DNA from: Mobula hypostoma
Taxonomy: Eukaryota
Assembly: GCF_963921235.1 (NCBI RefSeq)
Contig: NC_086107.1
Span: 46,748,001-46,812,000 of the forward strand
Length of the DNA stretch: 64,000 nucleotides
Direction of reading: 5' to 3'
The position numbers and the translations under genes are program-made. Below are positions 47,201-59,192 of the stretch, one piece after another. Each line of letters starts with the position of its first letter. The stretch's first letter is position 1. The notes under the pieces are model-generated. The model was not told the origin of the DNA, made no database searches, and was given only the letters and a program-made list of their open reading frames with translations.

Positions 47201-49541
47201 TCGGAAAGTATTTATTAACTTCTCTTTGTTTAAACGGTACTTTGCTGATTTTTTACAGGAGAGATGGATTCATACATCTCAATCCCACGTCATCACGTGA
47301 CGTCCCCCTACAGTCATCTTTTATTGTCATTTAGTAATACATGCATTAAGAAATGATACAATTTGTTCCTCCAGAATGATACCACAGAAACACAAGACAA
47401 ATCAAGACTAAAAAAAACTGACAAAAACCACATAATTATAACATATAGTTACAACAGTGCAAAGCAATACCGTAATTTGATGAAGAACAGACCATGGGCA
47501 CGGTAAAAAAAAACTCAAAGTCTCTCGAAAGTCACATCATCTCACACAGACAGTTGAAGGGAGAAACTCTCCCTGCCATGAGCTGCCAGCACCACAAGCT
47601 TGCCGATACAGCATCCTGGAAGCACCTGACCACAGTCTGACTCTGAGTCCCTCTGAAGATTTCGAGCCTCCAACCAGCACTCCGACACCGAGCACGGAGC
47701 ACCATCTCTGCCGAGCTCTTTGACCCCGGCAACAGGCAATAAGCAAAGCCAAGGATTTGGGGCCTTCCCCTCCGGGATTCTCGATCGCACAGTAGCAGCA
47801 GCAGTGAAACAAGTATTTCAGAAGTTTCTCCAGGTGTTCCTCTGTGCTTCTCACGTCCGTCTCATCAAATCAGGATTGTGCGCAGCCCCTATTTAAGAAA
47901 TACGATATCAATTCGGAGCAGCCGCATGCGCCGCGTCGCGCCACTATCTTCTCCTCCCCTCTGTGTGTATAGATGTTGCAGCACCCCCAAGAAGCTCACA
48001 GACTCCACTGTTGATTTTGCAGCATCGACAATGACTAGTTTTAGGCTATGGCTGACGCATAGCATGAACAGAGCTTTTTGTCAATATCTAGCACCCTCTT
48101 CTGCACCCCGCTATTTTCCTCCACATATTGATCCCGTTATCATATGCATGCCCCCTGCATTTTGAAATATCTAATCCTAACTTCTCCATATGCGTTAAGA
48201 AAATGTTCGTTAGGCCTGCACCTGTTGTGTCAAACACTGGTAGGAAACCGACAAAATGCTCACTAACAGTAGCTCCGACATTTACTTGGCATGTGACAAT
48301 GCGCAGTGTCACAGAGAGCTGCTCTATGTGTGCAGCGTCAGTGGTGCTGTCCATTATCACTGAGTAGTAACATGATTGTTTTACTCTCTCTGTTATCGCT
48401 TCCAGTGTCTTGTCTCCAGTAAGTGTGATTAACTCATTTTGTATGGTTTTCCCCATGTAGTGGTCAGCAATCTCTTTTTTCTCTGCTCATCTGACATGTT
48501 CGTTCATCACTGAGTCGAACTCAGCAAGCAGCTCCACCAGACCTAGAAAGTTCCCATTATTTGGTTCATGTAGGGTGGAATTGTGGCCACGGAAATCAAG
48601 GTTTCATTCTGCAAGGTGACAGACTATGGCAATGAACTTCTTCATTACATCATTCCAGTGTTTTTTTTCCAGCCTTTGCATTTCTTGATACGTGCTGTCA
48701 ATGGCACTGTGCGTTCTTAAGCGCGTTTCCAGCTCACGCCGGCTATCCATGTTGGCACAGTGCGCATTTGACTTCTCATGATCCTGGAGTGTGAGAGTGA
48801 GTCGCTCCCACACTCTGAAACCTCCACAAGTGAGACTGTGATTTCGCTTGTCAAATAGGGTACAGCAAAAACAGAAAATTGAATCAGATGATTCTGAGTA
48901 CACTAACCATGACCTACTAATGGTTTCTCCATTTTTCATCTTCATAAGATATCTGTCCTTGGTAAAATGACAGCTCTGTGGATAATCAATGTCCTCCAAC
49001 TGAACGGGACTTCTGCTAACAATGTCAATCCATTGGTCACTAGTAATATGCTTTGGCCAATGTGCTGGATCGGTCTCTGTGAATGTTAGTGGGGCTTTCT
49101 CTCTGTTTGGTGTGCTGGTGGCGGCATCTCCCTCACCTGTCTCAGTTGTAGGACTGTCATCATGCTGTGGTGCTTGTTCATCAAACAAAGTTTGGTCATC
49201 ACTATCACCATCTGTTTGAGGAGAATTGTTCTTCTCATTTCCATTGCTCTGATTATCAACATCTCCTGTACCGCTTACACTGTCACTTGGCACTGCAGCC
49301 CCATGCTGTGGCGATGGTGCAGCAGCAACTGCAGTCGGCGGGCCTTTCACAGATGCTGGACCAAAGAAAGATGTAACTTTTGAGAGACTATTTAGACGTT
49401 TTGTTTTGTCTAATTTTTTCCATTTTTCAACACCACTAGGATAGGAGCGTTTCATTTTCGTCTCATTGAAAAGTAGCCTTCTTTGCTAGGAGCAATGTTT
49501 ACAAGTGAAGTAAATATTTTAATGTATTTCTCAGATGTCAG

Positions 49542-49776
49542 ATGTGTTGGGCACGTGGCCAAGTGGTTAAGGTGTTCGTCTACTGATCTGAAGGTTGCTA
49601 GTTGGAGCCTCAGCTGTGGCAGCGTGTTTGTGTCCTTTGAGCAAGGCTCTTGAGCAAGCCACACATTGCCCTGTGTGAGGAGTGGCGCCCACACAGACTT
49701 CCAACTTGCGCATTGTAAGGCATGAAGATGCCCGGCGCAGGCCTCTCATGGTCTGAGTCGATGTTCCTTCCTCTCC
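49542..49776 (+). mobile_element. tRNA-derived SINE
   Basis: Box A TGGCCAAGTGG, degenerate box B GTTGGAGCC; 12-bp TSD ctcagatgtcag (49530-49541, 49777-49788). Confidence 0.8.
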
Positions 49777-49999
49777 CTCAGATGTCAGTCAGCGAGCGCC
49801 CACTGGTGGTTCAGCTGGCAATAGCAGGAGAATATTGTGGCGTCTGGGAACTGTGCATTAAATTTTTGCATGTCAGTCGGAGGCCCCTGGGAGCATGGGG
49901 CCCATTTCAGTTGAAACGGGTGAAACATAGCTAAGGCCGCCTATGAGTGTGTTTATTGTCAATTCTTTCAAGTAAAATGCAGATGGGTTATTTATTTTG

Positions 50000-50200
50000 T
50001 GGCAATACACACAAAATGCTGGAGGAACTCAGCAGGCCAACCCGGTTAGGGATTAAAGTGCAGTCGATGTTTTGGGCCGAGACCATTCAGCAAGAGCGTT
50101 GACTGTATTCATTTGCATGGTTGCTGCCTGGCCTGCTGAGTACCTCCAGCAATTAGTGTGTTACTTGGATTTCCAGCATCTGCAGATTTTCTCTTGTTTG
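50000..50200. mobile_element. Penelope-like tail fragments
   Basis: cacacaaaatgctggaggaactcagcaggcc, a degraded hammerhead remnant (gtcgatgttttgggccgagaccattcag) and an inverted tail. Confidence 0.55.
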
Positions 50201-51092
50201 TGATATTTCTTTTGTGGTATGATTATACATTTTAAACTACGCTCTAACTAGAGTGCCCCACCCATAAAAATGTTTTCCTCCTCTAAAATAGGATGTTCAG
50301 GTTATTATTTCAGTTATGTTTGTTAAATTTATATAATTGAGCCTCTTATGGATTTGGTTGACACCAGTCAAAATTTGTCATAATTCCAGATTGGATTGTG
50401 AAGTGGTTTTTGTTTGTTGTAGCTTGTCTTGATGAATTCCTCTCCCCTCTCTGCCCGTTCTTACCCCTTCTTTGGCAATTCCTTGGGGTTGAAGCTAACT
50501 TGCAACCCCTGTACTTCTGAGGTATTGTTGAGGCCAATGTGGTACCTGCAAACTCTACCCAGGTGGAGTAGGAGGTGCTTGCTTTGACAGCTTGGTTAGT
50601 TGGACTGGAGGTATTATACTCCTTCCAGATTTGACCCTGGCTTTAGCCTACTCCCAAAGTCACTGGACTCTAACTGATTTCCCTGTTTTAACTGGTAAAG
50701 GGTGAGGAATTCTCATTAAAACTTTAATTTTGCACCATTTTCTTTTTCTCAAGATGCTCTGTCTCTTATTCTACTCTTTCGCAACCCCATACCCTCTGAA
50801 ATATCTCCAGCTCTTCAATTTTGGCTCTAAATCATTTGCAAGTTTACTCACTGCATGGATAGTGGTTGCATTTTCAGCTGCTGAAGTGCTCACATTAGAA
50901 TTATCTCAAAAAATTAGGGAGACATGGGAAGTGTTTAAGTGTTAATATTTCAGAGGGTTGGTGGGTTTATAGAAAAGTACAGAAGGGGTGGACTGAGACC
51001 ATGGCAAATCTGAAAATCAGAAAATAATCTAAAAATAAAGTAGTACTTAAAATTTTTTTTGGGAGGTTTTACTTTATTTGAGTAAAAGAAGA

Positions 51093-51491
51093 TCTTCTTT
51101 TGCATGTCACACCACTGGCGTTTTGGGCAGCAATGAAAGTCCTCCATCTCTGGTAGTGTTCAGGGCTTCCTTCATCGTGTCAGTAGCTTCATCTCTGTTT
51201 ACTGTCAGTCATGCAAGTCCCAGCTGGAGTCTCAGGAATACTGTCGCAATCCAAGGATTCTTCATTGCTGTTTCAAACAGTTTTGTTTGATCAGTCAAGG
51301 TTGTTAGCCCTGAGCTGAACCCCTGAACCTGGAGGATCAGTGGACCACTCTTAGTCTGGCTTCTACCCTTTGACCTGTATAACATGGCTGATCCAACAAA
51401 TAGCCAATGCTTAAAACCCTGACTTCAGCTGCTGTAGTTCTCCAGGTCATTAAGGCACATGAATCTCCAAACCACATCAACGTTGGGGTCC
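51093..51491 (-). mobile_element. Internally deleted RTE (Expander/Rex3-like) derivative
   Basis: Minus-strand 5' end ggaccccaacgttgatgtggtttggag...aatgacctggagaac resembles RTE 5' ends; 3' end encodes WRTFIAA (RTE ORF C-terminus). Confidence 0.6.
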
Positions 51492-53707
51492 TTTTGGATG
51501 ATTTGAGAAAGTAGCCAATGACTTAATTTAAGATTCTAAGTCATTTGTATGTTTTCTGTGATTTCATGTATTGAATTTGGAACAAAATCACTCCTTCAGA
51601 ATACCTTGGGAATATCTTTCCATTATTTCACTATATAAATGCAAGGATTACCAATTACTATTACATTTAGAATTGAAAAGGCTGCACGCAGTTGTTCAGA
51701 AATCCTAATGCTTGTGCACCATCTACACTCTAAAGAGTGTGAGTTAGTTTGTGTTATGTGGCCAAAGCTGGGGATCCAATGTGAGAAAGTGTTGGGATAC
51801 CCATCGTCAATCTGAAATTGCTTGGGTTCTATTCCCCGTACTCTTTCTTTGGAAAAATATTTTAATACTGTGTAACATGTGAAACAAAGAAATGGAATTG
51901 CTTTCATGTTAATAGACGGGCATCCAATAATTTAGAACATCTGTGAGGCTTGCACCACCAAAGTCCCGAGGATGCCAGGTTATCTGAGATTTATATGTTA
52001 ACAAAAATGACGTTTTCTTTCGGATTGGCATTAAAAATACCTTTTTGTTTCAAATAGAAAATCTTATCCACAGTACAGCACTGAGGTAAGCAACTGTTAA
52101 ATTGACTCTGGCTTAGCAAAGCTCCCATATTATACAGTTTGGGTAACAGAAATAATTACAACAGCAACCTTCACTTCTGTCTACAATACAATCTACATTC
52201 TCTTGTCTACAGATCGGGCAACCAGCGGGGCAGAGAGTAAAAACTTCCCAGACATTATGGAAAATAGCATTTTGAATAGCTCTCTAGGAATGCATCCCTC
52301 CTGTATTGCAGGGGTGTAGTTCAGTAAGATGACTATCAAATAAAGCAAAGATGGGACCTGTGCTGTAGCCCAAGGCTGATTTAAATATAGGTGTTCCCCG
52401 CTTTTCGAACATTTGCTTTACGAAACCTCACTGTTACGAAAGACCTACATTAGTACCCTGTTTTCACTAACAGAAGGTTTTACCGCTGTTATGAAAAAAG
52501 CAGTGCATGAAAAATGGCAGCATACGAGAAAAAAAGCAGCGCACGCCCCGAGCAGCCAAGCTCCTCCCCCAGAACTGCATTCTAGCTGCCATTGCTTAAA
52601 CACGTGCTTTATCTTGATTTATTTTGTGCATCCGTTAGCAAGATGAGTTCGAAGGTATCAGAAAAGCCTAAAAGAGCTCGTAAGGGTGTTACACTTAAGT
52701 AAGTGCTATTGACAGAGAGGACAACTCCGAAGAATCTTTGCGAGAGATCTGGAAAGACTACAATATAAAACTGGCAATCGCCAACATTGGAGATGCTCTT
52801 GATAGGCTAACAGTCTCGATGGTGTTTGGAGGAAACTATGTCCTGTGATGAAAAACCAAGTTATCAGAAGATTGATCAGGAGAGAGATTAACGAAAAGAG
52901 ATACAGTTCCGAGTTTTGACAGACCGGTTGCTTTGAACCTGAACTGTTTGAAATTTGATGGACAGGCGATACCCCAGCAGGGGGATAAAAGGAACAGGTT
53001 CGCTAAGGCAAGACAGACGCCACGAGATAACGAGACCCTGGAAAAGCGGTGTGCCCCCACATGTTGGTGGATTTTGGAGGTCTGGTCGCGGGACCCACCA
53101 TTGACGCACAGGGTGAAAAGGTACGATCGGCGGGAACCTGGTGTGTGTGTCCGCCCTTGCCTGGGTGCCGGGTTCACCACGGAAGAACGGTCGTATCCGG
53201 AACAGAGGGGTCACAGTCGGTGACCGCAGAGGACAGTAAAAGGGTTCGCCCGAAAGCTAACTGCGAAGAGCAAAGGTCTGTTTGAATCAGAATTTGCATA
53301 TTCTCTCTCTCTCTCTCCAACAGCACAACAGCGATTACTGCGAACTGTACTAAGCTGAACTGAACTCTGCGTCACTTGAGACTGATCATTTTACCCCTAG
53401 ACTGCGATAGAGCTTGATTGATTCCTATTTTCCTAGTTCTGTGTACATGTGTGTTTTATCATTGCTAACCTGTTGCATTTATATCCTTAGGATTAGAGTA
53501 CTGTGTTGCTTATTTCTTTAATAAAACTTGCTTAGTTCCAGTAATTCAGACTCCAACTAAGTGGTCCATTTCTGCTGGTTTGGCAACCCAGTTACGGGGT
53601 ACGTAATGTAAGTGGGGATCTCGTCCGCGATTTTGAACGCCAAATTTGGGACTGGGTAAATTGATTGGGTTAAAATTCCCGAAAGAAAGAAAGGGCAAAC
53701 AGCAGAA

Positions 53708-55010
53708 ATGGAGATTGAGGAATTTCTAAAGGCGCCAACCTTGGAGGCATTAGAGGATGCCAGGAAAGCGGAAGTGGCAACTGTGGCCAAACGGTTGAAT
53801 CTTTTTAAGGGGAAGTCGACAATGAGTAGAGCGGAGATGCACAGAGCTATCATAGAGCACTATGTATCTAAAGGTGTGTTTCCCCAAGGGGAGCTGGAGG
53901 TGGTATCTATGGGCAATCCTGGTGGAGAAGCAGTACAGCTGCAAATGGGAAAATTGAGACTTGAGCACGAGTTCCAGGTAAAACAGCTGGAGCGAGAAGA
54001 AAGGGACAGGCAGTTAGAACACGAAGAGAGAATAAAACAGCTGGAGCGAGAGGAGAGGGACAGGCAATTGGAGCGAGAAGAGAGGGACAGGCAGTTAGAG
54101 CGAGAAGAGAGGGAGAAACAGAGGGAAAGGGAATTTGAGCTGGAGAAGTTAAGGATGACGCTAGCGCAGTGGCCCTTGCCGAACCAAGGTGGAGGGTTCA
54201 GGGCGACCCAGGAGGTTAGGCTGGTTCCCCCATTTGAGGAGGCCGATGTTGATCGGTACTTTCTCCATTTCGAAAAAATTGCTGCAAGTCAGGGCTGGCC
54301 GAGGGATAAGTGGGCTGTTTTGCTTCAGAGCGTACTTAAAGGGAAGGCTCAACAAGCTTACTCGGCCTTGTCCGCAGAAGATGCCCAGAGGTATGATGTG
54401 GTGAAAGAGGCGATACTCAGGATTTAGGAGTTGGTCCCGGAGGCATACCGGCAGAGGTTCCGGAATGCGAGGAAGCAGTGGGGCTGCATGTATTTAGTTT
54501 GCCCGTGAGATGCAGATGTATTGTGAGCGTTGGTGCGCCTTGAAAGGGGTCAGTGGGGATTATGACAGACTGCTACAGCTAATACTGATTGAGCAGTTTA
54601 AAGGTTGTGTCCCTGAAGGTATGAGACCCTACCTAGATGAGAAAGAGGCAGACACCTTAGTCGCAACTGCTAAGTTAGCGGATGAATACGTGTTAACGCA
54701 CAAAGCGAAGTTTACCCCGAGTAAAGGCTACCAGAAGGGTAGTCAAGAGGGTGGGGAGAGTCCGCCAGAAAAGTCAGAAAGTAAGCCGGGGACTAGTGAG
54801 AGGGATAAGGTTGACCGGGAGCAGTTTGGTAGGAAGTCTCCTGGGGTCGTATGCTATAATTGTGGGAAAGCCGGACACTTTGCATCCAGGTGCTTTGCCC
54901 CAAAGAAGGAGACGGGGAAAGGAAAAACGATGGTTCCGACTGGCTGTATTGAGCTGGTAAACAAACCGCTAGGGGAGAAGAGGTCTGATAAAGTTCAGGA
55001 AGGGTGCTAG
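53708..55010 (+). pseudogene. Gypsy gag (coiled-coil repeats, SCAN-like region, CCHC knuckle), disrupted
   Basis: LVPPFEEADVDRYFLHFEK, VKEAILR*, EQFKGCVP, CYNCGKAGHFASRC; stop at 54425 and a frameshift. Confidence 0.85.
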
Positions 55011-55028
55011 GGGTTTATCTCGGCCAGA

Positions 55029-56708
55029 TTGGTGTTGGTGAAGGAGGGATTAAACCCAGTTCCAGTACGGATCTGGAGAGACTCTGGAGCTTGTCAGTCA
55101 TTGATATTAAAGAGTGTGTTAGACTTTAGTTCAGAGACCCAGACTGGGGAGATCAGGGTGAAAAAAGGCATTGGGAAAGGGACTGAAGCAGTACCTTTGC
55201 ACCAGATACACCTAAAAAGCGACTTGGTGTCCAGACCGGTCACGATCAGGGTGAGGCCCGAACTACCGATGGAAGACGTGGAGGTCTTACTCGGTAATGA
55301 CCTCGCCGGCAGAGAGGTGTACCCAGCAGTAAGATTGACAAGCCAGCCTGCCAGCATTGAGGCCCCGCCCACGGACTCACAGGCTTATCCCGTTTGCGCA
55401 GTGACTCGACGCATGTCCAGAAAGGCTGCCAAAGTGAATATAGATTTAGCTGAGACGTTTTTACCAGCCTTGTGCCAGGAGGGGTTAGAAAGTGAGAAGC
55501 AGCGTAGTGAAACGGAAGTTAAGGTAGACTTATCGTTAGCAAGGAAGGAATTTATACAGGCACAGGAGCGAGACGAGGAGCTGATCGTTTTGACGGAGAC
55601 GGCTGTCTCCAAAGCAGAATTAAAAAGGGAGCCAGTGGGCTATTATGTGAAGGAGGGAGTACAAAGGAGGAAATGGAGACCAAGTACCGTGCCCGCAGAT
55701 GAGGAATGGGGGGTGGTGCCAAAAATTTATGGGGATGAGATTTTTAACCTGGCCCACAAGATATCCCTCGGTGGACATTTTGGTGTGAGGAAGACAGTCG
55801 ATAGAATCGTGAAAGAGTCTTACTGGCCGCACAGGAGGAAGGATGCTATTGACTATTGTAGACGTGAGCTAACACAGTTACAGGCTTTTAACATGTTAAA
55901 AGCTTACCACAATCAGAAAACAGATCTAGTTGTTGGTGTCATCATGAAAATTAATGAGGCTAGGGTGCCACCTGATAAGGGGAAAACCCATTTTGAAAAG
56001 ATAAGTATGGTGCCGACCAGATGGGAGAAGTCTATTGTTTTGGCCAACTTTGCTGATGAGTTCTCTCCCTTAACCCCCAAACAGAGCAAGCCATTGATAA
56101 AGCTAATTAACCGGCACGCACATGTATGTCCGGATGTCCCAAGGCGATGCAAAGAGCCAGGACATGGTGTTGTTGTCACATCAGGTCAGCCTAGTGAGCA
56201 ACACCCCTATAGGATGATTAATTCAGTGACAAAATGGCTAAAGAACGCAGAAGCGTATATTGGCGATTTAGTGGTCTGGAGTGACACGTGGGAGGAGCTG
56301 TTTAAAAACCTGTTTGAAGCCAACTTGACAGTGAACCTCGCAAATAGTGAATTCGGCCACGGAAAGATCACTTATCTGGGATTTGTGGTAAGACAGGGGC
56401 AGCTGGCACCAATGCAGGCTAAGGTGCGGGCTATCTCTGAAGTCCCCACCCTGACAGACAAGAGAGCCCTGAGATGGTTCTTGGGGATGGTGGAGTACTA
56501 TCGGAAGTTTTGCAAAAACTTTGCAGATATTACCCTCCCTCTTACTAAGCTCTTGCCAAAGAATGCTAAGTTTGTGTGGGACGACCTTTGTTATCTTTGT
56601 CCGCGACAGAAACCATTGAGAATTTACACTGATCACAACCCATTAGTGTTTTTGGCCACTATGAAGTTTGCTAAGTTGGAGCCTGGTCTTAGAGGATTAT
56701 TAAAATAA
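55029..56708 (+). pseudogene. Deleted pol: protease - partial integrase - partial RT/RNase H
   Basis: RDSGACQSL and VLLGNDLAG (protease); AHKISLGGHFGVRKT..YWP..DYC (IN zinc finger); YIGDLVVWS..NLANSEFG..YLGFVV (RT); IYTDHNPL (RNase H). Confidence 0.85.
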
Positions 56709-59192
56709 CACATATAAAAGGAACGGAAGGGTGATGGCTGACTGTCTGTCAAGGTGTTGACAACTTAAGGTTCTCTGTATTAGCTGAATAACTGATGACC
56801 CTGTATATTAGTGTGTATCTAATAATGTATTCATGCCTATAATTTTTACCCTGGTAAAAATCCTTTGAAGGGTAGGGGTGTAACGAAAAACCAAGTTATC
56901 AGAAGATTGATGCTGATGAGAGAAATAAGAGAGACAAATGCAGAAACGTTCAAAATGTTAATGAGAGAGGAGAGAGATTAACGAAAAGAGACACAGTTCC
57001 GAGTATTGACAGACTGGTTGCTTTGAACCTGAACTGTTTGAAGTTTGATGGACAGGCGATACCCCAGCAGGGGGTTAAAAAGAACAGGTTCGCTAAGGCA
57101 AGACAGATAACCACGAGATCACGAGATAACGAGACCCTGGAAAAGCGGTGTGCCCCCACAAGTTGGTGGAGTTTGGAGGTCTGGTCGTGGGACCCACCAT
57201 TGACGCACAGGGTGAAAAGGTACGATCGGCGGGAACCTGGTGTGTGTGTCCGCCCTTGCCTGGGTGCCAGGTTCACCGTGGAAGAGCAGTCGTATCCGGA
57301 ACGGAGGGGTCACAGTTGGTGACCACAGAAGACATAAAAGGGTTCGCCCAAAAGCTAACTGCGAAGAGCAAAGGTCTGTTTGAATCAGAATTTGCATATT
57401 CTCTCTCTCTCTCTCTCTCTCCAACAGCACAACAGCGATTACTGCGAACTGTACTAAGCTGAATTGAACTCTGCGTCACTTGAGACTGATCATTTTACCC
57501 CTAGACTGCGATAGAGCTTGATTGATTCCTATTTTCCTAGTTCTGTGTACATGCGTGTTTTATCATTGCTAACCTGTTGCATTTATATCCTTAGGATTAG
57601 AGTACTGTGTTACTTATTTCTTTAATAACACTTTCTTAGTTCCGGTAATCCAGACTCCAACTAAGTGGTCCATTTCTGCTGGTTTGGCAAACCAGTTACG
57701 GGGTACGTAGCAGTCCCGAAGCAGTGAACAATTTTAAAGGCTTTGAACCATCAACAATAAATACGACATTAGTGAGCTTGGCTAAGGAGGCTGGGTTTGT
57801 GGAAGTTGACGAAGATGATGTTGAAGAGGTTTTGGCATCCCATGACCAAGAATTGACAGATGAAGAGCGGATGCAATTGCAAGAGGAAAGGATAACAATC
57901 GAAATGGAACGCAGTAGCGAAAATGAAGTCGTCCAAGGACTGAACGTGAAGCAGTTGCATGAGATTTTCGCTGCAATTGACAGCACTGCAATGATTGCAG
58001 AAAAATCTGACTTTAATTTTGAAAGGGCACATAGGTTTAGGGCAGGTTTGCAGGATGTTTTGAGTGCTTACAAAGAACTGTATGATCTAAAAATGCGCGA
58101 GGCTCAGCAGTCAAGTACACTCGTTTTTCAAGCCTTGCACATCAGCCACAGCAGACGACGAACCTCGACCTTCAACATCGAGGCGGGCAGACATAGAAGA
58201 TGACCTGGCTGCCCTATTGGAAATAGACTACGATGATATGACACCCCAGATTCCTCTACCTCCCACCACCCCAACTTCCGACGACTCAGCCTAAAACACC
58301 ATCCCGATTCCTGTACGTGAAACTACACTGTACATACATTATTTCTACTTTATATAGGTTGTGTATTTTGTGTCATTTAGTATGATTTGGCAGCCTAATA
58401 GCTTAAAGGTTACTGGAGAGAGTGCTTCCACCAAGAGCACATGCGTGAGATTTTCACTGTGCTAGACTGTGCTTCAATTATTGCAAAAAGTATTTCTATT
58501 TTATATAGGCTGTGTATTTATCATATCATTCCTGCTTTTACTATATGTTACTGTTACTTTAGGTTTTATGTGTTATTTGGCATGATTTGGTAGGTTATTT
58601 TTTGGGTCTGGAAACGCTCAAAAATGTTTCCCATATTAATAAATGGTACTTGCTTCTTCACTTTACGACATTTCGGCTTACGAACCATTTCATTGGAATG
58701 ATCTACCTTCCGATGGCAGTGGAAACCTGTGTGGCTTCTGGCACGTTGCTATACGGCAGCCATATAGTATAGAAACATGTCCTTCAGTCCATCTTGTGCC
58801 AAGATGCCCATCATAGCTCATCCCATTTGCCTGTGTTTGGTTTGTATCCCTTATACATTTTCTATCCATGAACCCGTTCAAAATGTATTTAAATTGTTAT
58901 TGTACCTGCCTTAACAACTTCTGTCCGCTTGTTCCATATACACCTGACTCTGTGAAGAAGTTGCCCCTCAGGTCCCTTTTAAATCTCTCCCTTCCCATCT
59001 TAAACCTATGTCTTTCTCTCTGATTCCCTTTCCTTGGGAGAAAGACCAAGACCAAGGTATGGCATTCACCATATCCATAGCCCTCATGATTTTGTCCACC
59101 TCCATAAGGCTCCTCTCAGTCTCTTTGGTTCCAAGAAATAAAGTCTTAACTTGGTCAACCTCCCCCTATAGCCTCAGACCCACATCTACTGG

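Larger units (their letters stand above)
39139..47310 (-). mobile_element. Full-length fish-type L1 (5'UTR, ORF1, spacer, ORF2 EN-RT-CCHC, 3'UTR), inactivated
   Basis: 12-bp TSD cagtcatctttt (39127-39138, 47311-47322); 5' GGGGGACGTC; ORF1 46002-47083 (RRNNIKIV, FYPDIS); ORF2 starts at 45555 (MTNLLNFLTFNVNRLNGPVKR), YSRIDFF, SDH, RQGCPLSP, LFADD, CFWC..W.C. Confidence 0.93.
39108..47964 (-). mobile_element. Non-autonomous LINE-derived element (host of the L1), inserted in the hAT transposase at HLYT|LFSSST
   Basis: Tail (atcta)n at 39108-39120, body 47311-47964 with an aagatagtggcg-type 5' end; removing it rejoins the transposase frame. Family unassigned. Confidence 0.6.
37320..49945 (-). mobile_element. 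hAT transposon (ZMYM1/TTF-type zinc finger, DUF4371-like transposase), full extent including nested insertions
   Basis: TIRs CATAGGCGGCCTTAA (37320) and CTAAGGCCGCCTATG (49945); 8-bp TSD agtctgtt/agtgtgtt; transposase pieces 48604-49455, 48088-48456, 38514-39065, 38294-38584 and 38178-38378 (NTRWECR, PVTAASGERRFS). Confidence 0.9.
52844..57712 (+). mobile_element. Two-LTR Gypsy (Gmr1-like, integrase before RT), internally deleted
   Basis: 5' LTR 52844-53608, 3' LTR 56879-57712, exact TSD GTCC, Pro-like PBS tggggatctcgtccgcgat (~53612-53630), PPT aagggtagggg before 56879. Confidence 0.93.
52388..58729 (+). mobile_element. Tigger/pogo (TIGD1-like) deletion derivative, split by a Gypsy at 52844-57712
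   Basis: Termini ta|taggtgttccccgc ... ggaaacctg; MSSKVSEKPKRARKG at 52643; ORF 57724-58203 (EVDEDDVEEVLASHDQELTDEE). Confidence 0.85.

Noticed and set aside
51620-52000. Possible ancient piggyBac C-terminal Cys-rich remnant (VCVMWPKLG...NCLGSIPRTLSLEKYF)
   Set aside because: Similarity is too weak by eye; no TIR or TTAA pair identified.
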